Shown here in pieces: positions 55,105-64,000 of a DNA stretch of 64,000 nt (position 1 is its first letter; each line of letters starts with the position of its first letter). The position numbers and the translations under genes are program-made. The DNA comes from Eledone cirrhosa. Its lineage: Eukaryota. Below the pieces are notes generated by a model, which worked only from the letters and a program-made list of their open reading frames with translations, was not told where the DNA came from and ran no database searches. The stretch lies in assembly GCA_964016885.1 (NCBI GenBank), contig OZ024751.1, positions 22,382,001 to 22,446,000 of the forward strand. The letters run 5' to 3'.

Positions 55105-55660
55105 AACACACATACCTACATACATAATACATTCATACATATATATACTTACATAATACATACATTCACACATACCTACATACATAATACATTCATACAT
55201 ATATATACTTACATAATATATACATTCACACATACCTACATACATAATACATTCATACATATATATACTTACATAATACATACATTCACACATACATACA
55301 TACATAATACATTCATACATATATATACTTACATAATATATACATTCACACATACCTACATACATAATACATTCATACATATATATACTTACATAATACA
55401 TACATTCACACATACCTACATACATAATACATTCATACATATATATACTTACATAATACATACATTCACACATACCTACATACATAATACATTCATACAT
55501 ATATACTTACATAATACATACATTCACACATACCTACATACATAATACATTCATACATATATACTTATATAATACATACATTCACACATACCTACATACA
55601 TAATACATTCATACATATATACTTATATAATACATACATTCACACATACCTACATACATA
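55105..55660. repeat. 60-bp (then 58-bp) minisatellite
   Basis: cacacatacctacatacataatacattcatacatatatatacttacataatacatacatt repeats in register with the 60-nt lines. Confidence 0.95.
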
Positions 55661-55979
55661 CAAAGAGATAATAAAACGTGTGCAAATGTCGACACATTTG
55701 TTATCAAGCTAAGAATTCAATTACATAAGAAGATTGTTCTGTACATCAGAGAAGAATATAGGAGACAAAAATAGTAAAATATAGTAAAATATAGGAGACA
55801 AATATAGTAAAATATAGGAGACAAAAATGTAGTAAAATATAGCAAACACAAATATAGTAACATGTAGTGAAATAAAATTCAAATAAAATTAAAAGAAACT
55901 AGAATAAAATATACATTAGATAAAATAAAATAAACAGCAAATTCTATTCTATGGTAGTAAATATTAATCAGATAATACG

Positions 55980-56015
55980 ATATATATACTATATATATAT
56001 ATATACATACAAATG

Positions 56016-56079
<64 letters not shown>

Positions 56080-56455
56080 TACAAATATATATGCATACAT
56101 ATATATGCATACAAATACGTATATATATACATACATACATTTATATATATGCATACAAATACATATTATATATATATATGTATACAAATACATATATATA
56201 TACATACATACAAATACATATATATATATATACATACATACAAATACATATATATATACATACATATATATACACATACATACATATATATATACATACA
56301 TACATATATATATATATATACATACATACATACATATATATATATGCATACAAATACATATATATACATATACATACATGCATATATATATATGCATACA
56401 AATACATATATAGACATATACATACATATACATACATACATATACATACATACAT

Positions 56456-56506
<51 letters not shown>

Positions 56507-56521
56507 TACAAATACATACAT

Positions 56522-56554
<33 letters not shown>

Positions 56555-56682
56555 TACATATATATATATACATATATATACATACATACATATATATATG
56601 CATACATACATATATATATACATACATACATATATACATACATATATACATACATACATACATACATATATATATACATACA

Positions 56683-56723
<41 letters not shown>

Positions 56724-56932
56724 ATACATATATATATATACACATATATATATAAATACATATATATATACATATATATATATAAATACATATAAATATG
56801 TATATATATATATATATATACAAATACATATAAATATGTATGCACATATATGCATGCATACATATACAAGTATGTATATATATATATGCACAAATATGTG
56901 CATAAATATGTGCATATATGTTTATATCATAT

Positions 56933-56963
<31 letters not shown>

Positions 56964-57009
56964 CAAATATATATACATCTACATATATATATGCGTGTAT
57001 TGATGTATA

Positions 57010-57042
<33 letters not shown>

Positions 57043-57045
57043 TGT
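55980..57045. repeat. Long TA/CATA microsatellite block; similar blocks at 18935-19660, 21718-22145, 38495-39055, 52340-53520, 58900-59430
   Basis: Seen directly. Confidence 0.95.
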
Positions 57046-57385
57046 TTGTGTGTGTGATTTTTAACACTATTTTCAAGGTATTTTTGTTGCATTGACTTTT
57101 AACAGTCATTGGTAGACTTCTTACATTGCTTAGATAATTAGATATTCACCAGTTATATACAACAACAACAACTGCAACAGCAACAACTACAAGAACTTCT
57201 TGTAGTTGTTGTTGTCATACCTAACGACAACAACAAGGACACCACTTCTGTAACAATAGCAGGAGAAAGTACAAACACTATGACAATAGTTGCAACAGCT
57301 TGCTCAACAATAGTAAATTAACAGTGAACCAAGTAAGACTACAGTAGTTTCGACACATACATACAAGCAGTATATATATATATAT

Positions 57386-57510
57386 TGATGATTTCTAAAG
57401 AATGAAACAGTTCTAGTCCTGTAGAATCTCATCTATATTAAAACTTTTATACTCTGCAATGTATTGAGTACCTTACTTACTGTGGTTACCTCCGATTCAA
57501 CCCGGAATAA
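57386..57510 (+). mobile_element. Family H2 copy
   Basis: TGATGA-T-TTC-TAAA-GAA-T-GAAACAGTTCTAGTCC..ccgattcaacccggaataa, flanked by (TA)n on both sides. Confidence 0.6.
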
Positions 57511-57511
57511 C

Positions 57512-57564
<53 letters not shown>

Positions 57565-57683
57565 TACACACACACACAGATATATATATATATACATGTA
57601 TATATACACATGTATATATGTATATATACATATATACTTACATATATATATATATATAGATATACGTATCTAAATAAATAAAC

Positions 57684-57731
<48 letters not shown>

Positions 57732-57736
<5 letters not shown>

Positions 57737-57941
57737 AACGAGTAGGACCCCGACGGCTGAGCTCAAGCCGTTTCGACGGCTAATTCTGGACTAATTCTGG
57801 TTTTAGTCCAGAATTAGCCGTCGAAACGGCTTGAGCTCAGCCGTCGGGCTGCTACTCGTTCCTATTACCCACTCTACTACCCTAAGTATTGAGTACTTTG
57901 GTGCGTCATGGTCCATCTGGTTCCTTACCACATTTCCTTTG

Positions 57942-57942
<1 letters not shown>
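57732..57942 (+). mobile_element. Family H3 fold-back
   Basis: Inverted arms 57732-57864 with the same GAAA-helix III-GTC motif and the same tail; (TA)n on both sides. Confidence 0.75.
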
Positions 57943-58006
<64 letters not shown>

Positions 58007-58167
58007 TGTATATAGAAGCATATGTTATGCTATTGCCAATATACATATGTATATACATACACACACACGCACACACATACACACACACATATATACCCCA
58101 CTCTCCAGAGCGTGAAATTAATAAACATTCGTTGTACTGCCTCTCTGTTTTGTTCCTGTTCAAATTT

Positions 58168-58229
<62 letters not shown>

Positions 58230-58234
<5 letters not shown>

Positions 58235-58760
58235 GATAAACAGAACAAGTAAAATTCAATCAATTTTTCAAAATACATTAAAAAATATAATATAAATATT
58301 TACCTCTTCTAGTGGCCCTTACTGATCAGTTTCGCTTTGTAAAACCTCATAAATCCGATGGATTTATGATGGAAAACCAAAGCTCATCAGAGAAGCATTT
58401 TCCCTTCCTAGGGCTAAACGTCCCAGGAACGACAAAATATATAACCTCCTGCCAGCTAATAAAGGTCTGAAAGGTCGTAAAAGTGACCCGTATGTAAACT
58501 GGACCGAAGTAAAAGCGGGAAAATCAAAGACTTGCTGATATATACGTGTATCTCTCACTAGGGAAGCAATGACTTCAAACTGCCCAAGTAGTCTCTGAAT
58601 CATGTGCACCTGACATATGTAGCTTGTCTGGAAGACATCTGATCACTGTTGGCCATTTATCTGCTATCCAAGAGTTATATCTACTAATGATACCAGAGGG
58701 ATTGAAATAATAAATCCACATCGACAAGTCTCAACTGTTTTTGAGAGGCGGCCATCATGC
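58230..58760 (-). mobile_element. Probable Penelope-like element 3' fragment carrying the H6 hammerhead
   Basis: High-complexity island with a hammerhead followed by a T-rich tail that runs into (TA)n. The upstream sequence gives only a weak, frameshifted resemblance to a GIY-YIG C-terminus (..KQLRLV..GFII..NPSGIISRYNSWIADKWPTVIR). Confidence 0.5.
58316..58394 (-). ncRNA. Type I hammerhead ribozyme with canonical core (family H6)
   Basis: Minus strand reads TTCT-CTGATGA-GCTTTG...TCATAAATCC-ATC-GGATTTATGA...CAAAGC-GAAA-CTGATCAG-TA-AGGG. Helix II GCTTTG/CAAAGC with a 10-bp extension, palindromic helix III ACTGATCAGT, GUA cleavage triplet, 4-bp helix I with two G:U pairs. Confidence 0.85.
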
Positions 58761-58780
58761 AATGAAAATAATAATAATAA

Positions 58781-58816
<36 letters not shown>

Positions 58817-58905
58817 GTAATATGGACACATTGATTGAACAATATACTAGAGAAGTACTCCCGAACTTATAGCAATTCTCTAAAAGTCACCAGTACTTCA
58901 ATATA

Positions 58906-58947
<42 letters not shown>

Positions 58948-58969
58948 TATATATATATATATATATATA

Positions 58970-59073
<104 letters not shown>

Positions 59074-59148
59074 TATATGTATATATATCTATGTGCATAT
59101 ACATGCGTATATATATTTGTGTTTGTACAAAAAATATATATATCTGTA

Positions 59149-59205
<57 letters not shown>

Positions 59206-59318
59206 GTGCACATATATGTGTATATATCTATGTGCACATATATATGTATATATTTATGTGCATATATATATGCGTATATACTTGTGTTTGTGCAAAAATA
59301 TATCTATATGTATGTTTA

Positions 59319-59379
<61 letters not shown>

Positions 59380-59634
59380 ATATAAATATATATATTTATA
59401 TATATATATTATATGTGTCTGTGTATATATATAATCTTCCTTTATTAAATGGCTCAGTAGTTTCTCACCAAACCATGACATCTGTCATGTGACCTATAAT
59501 TCTGTCAGCTTTTCAACTATATAACATGAATATATGCTGCCCATCATTTCGTACACCCTCTCTCTCTCTGTTTCTCTGCTGTTCTGCATTTCCTTGTCTA
59601 TCCCTCTTTCTAAATCTCTAGCTCTGTCTCTTTC

Positions 59635-59687
<53 letters not shown>

Positions 59688-60050
59688 GTTTTTGTGTGTG
59701 TGCATTTCCCAGTCTTTAATTCTTACTAACTCTTTAACTTTGTTTTTCTCTTACTCCATCCTCGCTCTCTCTCACTGTCTCTGTCCATCTCTCTCTTTTT
59801 TTTGTGCATTTACCAGTCTTTAACTCTTGCTTACTCTCTAAATCTCTCTCTCTCTCTCTCTCTATTTATCTCTGTCCCTTTATCTCACTGTCTGTCTGCC
59901 TCTCTCTCTCTCTCTCACTGTCCATTTATCTCTCCCTTTTTGTGCATTTCCAAGTCTCTAACTCTCTAACTGTTTCTCGCTTTCTCTACTATTCTTTTTC
60001 TTTCTTATCCCCTTTGTCTCTCCTTCTCCTCCTCCTGTAACTCTCTCTCT

Positions 60051-60082
<32 letters not shown>

Positions 60083-60408
60083 TTGTACCTTTCGCTCCCA
60101 TCCTCTCCCTACCCCACCTCCTCTCTATAGTGATTTCATTGGTATGTTACTTCCTCTTGGTTTTTAAGCAAATCTTTTCAATCTGATGAAGAATTACGCA
60201 TTCCGTGGCCTTTTGAAAACCACAAGAATGGGAAGTGTGTGTGTATGTGTGTGTACCTGTGTGTGTTTCCCTGCGTGTGTGTGCATGTGCATATGTATAA
60301 ATATATATATATATATACACGTCGGTCTGCAACAAATATGTGTTTCTTCTACCAAGGGAGGAAGATCTATATATGATTTGTATCTTATGTCGGTTTGGGC
60401 ACGTAGTT

Positions 60409-60444
<36 letters not shown>

Positions 60445-60446
60445 TC

Positions 60447-60519
<73 letters not shown>

Positions 60520-60563
60520 GCACACACACATATATATATGCATACCTAATCTCTCCTTCTCTC

Positions 60564-60605
<42 letters not shown>

Positions 60606-60811
60606 TGTCCCAAAAATGTATACACATTTGAGTTATCTGCTGTTGAGGTGTGTATATATTTTTCTGGGACACCCTGTATGGGTGAGGTTAAGATATTCGT
60701 TTCAAAACCATTTGGTTTCGAATTCCATTACAATAAATATCTTGTACAAATAAATGTCTTCTACTTTGGCCTCGTCCTGACCAATGCCTGGGGAGAGAAT
60801 TTGATACACAC

Positions 60812-61305
60812 ATGCAGTCACATGCACACACAGACACACACACACATACACATACACACACACAGTCACATGCACACACAGACACACACACACATACATA
60901 CACATACACACACACAGTCACATGCACACACACAGTCACATGCACACACACACAGTCACATTCACACAGTCGCATGCACACACACACATACAGTCACATT
61001 CGCAGTCGCATGCACACACACACACACATAGTCACATTCACACAGTCGCATGCACACACACACATACAGTCACATGCACACACACACACACAGTCACATT
61101 CACACAGTCGCATGCACACACACACACACAGTTACATTCATACAGTCACATGCACACGCACACACACACACACACACACGCAGTCACATTCATACAGTCA
61201 CATGCACACACACACACACACACACGCAGTCACATTCATACAGTCACATGCACACACACACACACGCAGTCACATGCACACACACTCACATGCACACACA
61301 CTCAC
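60812..61305. repeat. (CA)n-embedded cagtcacatgcaca repeat
   Basis: Seen directly. Confidence 0.9.
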
Positions 61306-61744
61306 ACATGTATTACTATGTATGTGTTATTTTTCATTAGAAATACGAGTATGGTAACAAAAGGGTTAAATACTTATATTTATCTGTTAAACATTCCACC
61401 ATAATTTTATGAAGGAACCTTTGTTAAGTTATATTCCAAATTCCAGCTTAACGACGAAAAAAAAAAAATAGTTACATTATTAAATGCCATCAGTGGCGTA
61501 GGTAGAGTGTGTGACCGGGGCAGCCCGTGAGTTTGCCGTCCATAACCTCCTCTCCCCCACCTATGCAGACTTATACAAGAAACCCGAATGTGCCACGTCA
61601 CCCCTCTTAAAAGTGTCGTCCGGAGCAGACTGCCCTGCCTCGCTCTGCTAGTATTTGGTTTCGAGTTCCATTACATGTTGCTTTGTATAAATAAATGTCT
61701 TCTACTTTAGCCTCGTGCTGACCAATGTCTTGGGAGTGAATTTG

Positions 61745-61827
<83 letters not shown>

Positions 61828-62049
61828 TACATACACACATACACACACATACGCGCGCGCACACACACACACACATGTATTTCTATGTGTTGCAAGCTGA
61901 CACAGTCGGTATAATTACTTTTAGACTATCAGTCATGTTGAAAAATGTTGGATAATTTTTATGTTACTTCTAGGTATTAGTGTCACTACAACCGACACCA
62001 CAACACAATCAACATCATAACCAGTATGACCACACATAACATAATCGAC

Positions 62050-64000
62050 AATACCACGTACACCACAACCACCATCACCGTAACCAACACCATCACAACC
62101 AGCAGCACCACTACAATGACCATCACCACCACAACTATCACCACCACAACCAACACCACCACAACCATTACCACTACAACCAACACTACCATAACCACCA
62201 TCACCACCACAACCATCACCACGACAAACAATACCACCACAACCAACACCCCCCATTACCAACTCCACTACAACCAACGCCACCACAAACAACACCACCA
62301 CAACCAACACCACCACAACCAACAACACCACCGCAACCAACACCACCACAACCAACAACACCACCACAACCAACACCACCACCTCAACCACCACCACAAC
62401 CAACACCACCACCACAACCAACACCACCACCACAACCAACACCACCACCACCACAACCAACAACACCACCACAACCAACACCACCACCACAACCAACACC
62501 ACCACCACAACCAACACCACCACCACCACAACCAACAACACCACCACAACCAACACCACCACCACAACCACCACCACCACAACCAACACCACCACCACAA
62601 CCAACACCACCACCACCACAACCAACAACACCACCACAACCAACACCACCACCACAACCAACACCACCACAACCAACAACACCACCACAACCAACACCAC
62701 CACAACCAACAACACCACCACAACCACCACAACCAACACCACCACAACCAACACCACCACCTCAACCACCACCACCACAACCAACACCACCACAACCACC
62801 ACAACCAATACCACCACCACAACCAACACCACCACAACCAACAACACCACCACAACCAACACCACCACCACAACCAACACCACCACCACAACCAACACCA
62901 CCACCACCACAACCAACACCACCACCACCACAACCAACACCACCACCACAACCAACACCACCACCACAACCAACACCACCACCACAACCAACACCACCAC
63001 CACAACCAACACCACCACCACCACAACCAACACCACCACCACAACCAACAACACCACCACAACCAACACCACCACCACAACCAACACCACCACCACAACC
63101 ACCACAACCAACACCACCACAACCAACACCACCACCACAACCAACACCACCACAACCAACACCACCACCTCAACCACCACCACCACAACCAACACCACCA
63201 CCACAACCAACAACACCACCACAACCACCACAACCACCACCACCACAACCAACACCACCACCACAACCAACACCACCACCACCACAACCAACACCACAAC
63301 CAACACCACCACCACAACCAACACCACCACCACCACAACCACCACCACCACAATTAACAATGCCAATACTATCACACAACTAACCACATCCAATACCATC
63401 TACCACTGCTACCCCACCACCACCACACTACCAATACCGCCCATCCCCCCACCACTACACTACCAATACTGACTCCACCACCACCACCACTACCACCAAT
63501 ACCGCCTCCCCCACCACCAATGCCACCTCCCCCACCACACTACCAATACTGCCTCCACCACCACCACACGACCAATACCGCCGCCTCCACCACCACCACC
63601 ACCACACTACCAATACCTCCACCACCACACTACCACAAATACCGCCTCCATCACCACCACCACCACACTACCACAAATACCGCCTCCACCACCACCACAC
63701 TACCACAAATACCGCCTCCACCACCACCACCACCACCACACTACCACAAATACCGCCTCCACCACCACCACCACCACCACACTACCACAAATACCGCCTC
63801 CACCACCACCACACTACCACAAATACCGCCTCCACCACCACCACCACCACCACACTACCGCAAATACCGCCTCCACCACCACCACCACCACCACACTACC
63901 ACAAATACCGCCTCCACCACCACCACCACCACCACACTACCGCAAATACCGCCTCCACCACCACCACCACCACCACACTACCACAAATACCGCCTCCACC
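62050..64000. repeat. (CAC/CAA)n tract followed by an accacactaccacaaataccgcctcc satellite
   Basis: Seen directly; runs off the window. Confidence 0.95.

Noticed and set aside
58364-58609. 81-aa ORF and an AG|GTAAAT donor-like site near 58303 as a host exon
   Set aside because: No Ig or signal-peptide character; the region is better explained as a hammerhead-bearing retroelement end.
60183-60220. CTGATGA...GAAA motif; a similar one at 8599-8620
   Set aside because: No coherent helix II together with helices I and III and an NUH site; expected by chance.

Overview
Eukaryotic, AT-rich, microsatellite-saturated DNA. The SINE and LINE repertoire looks like that of an octopod cephalopod, which is an inference from repeat motifs. 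The only supportable host gene is on the minus strand: five internal exons (43910-44176, 42666-42965, 39741-40007, 18391-18657, 9204-9485). Each encodes one immunoglobulin-like domain, and all have canonical AG/GTAAGT splice sites in phase 1-1. Three are exactly 267 nt and encode an atypical short 4-Cys Ig domain; two encode a more conventional Ig domain. No start, transmembrane or stop exon was found. The introns hold two tRNA-derived SINE families, RTE, CR1 and R4/Dong LINE fragments, a rearranged mariner, small MITEs and TE-seeded minisatellites. They also hold about seven distinct short element families carrying complete or partial type I hammerhead-ribozyme motifs. These mostly abut (TA)n tracts and often form fold-backs, as expected of Penelope-like retroelement ends. 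The best candidate has a fully canonical core (58316-58394, minus strand). Nearly all long ORFs in the supplied track are low-complexity artefacts.
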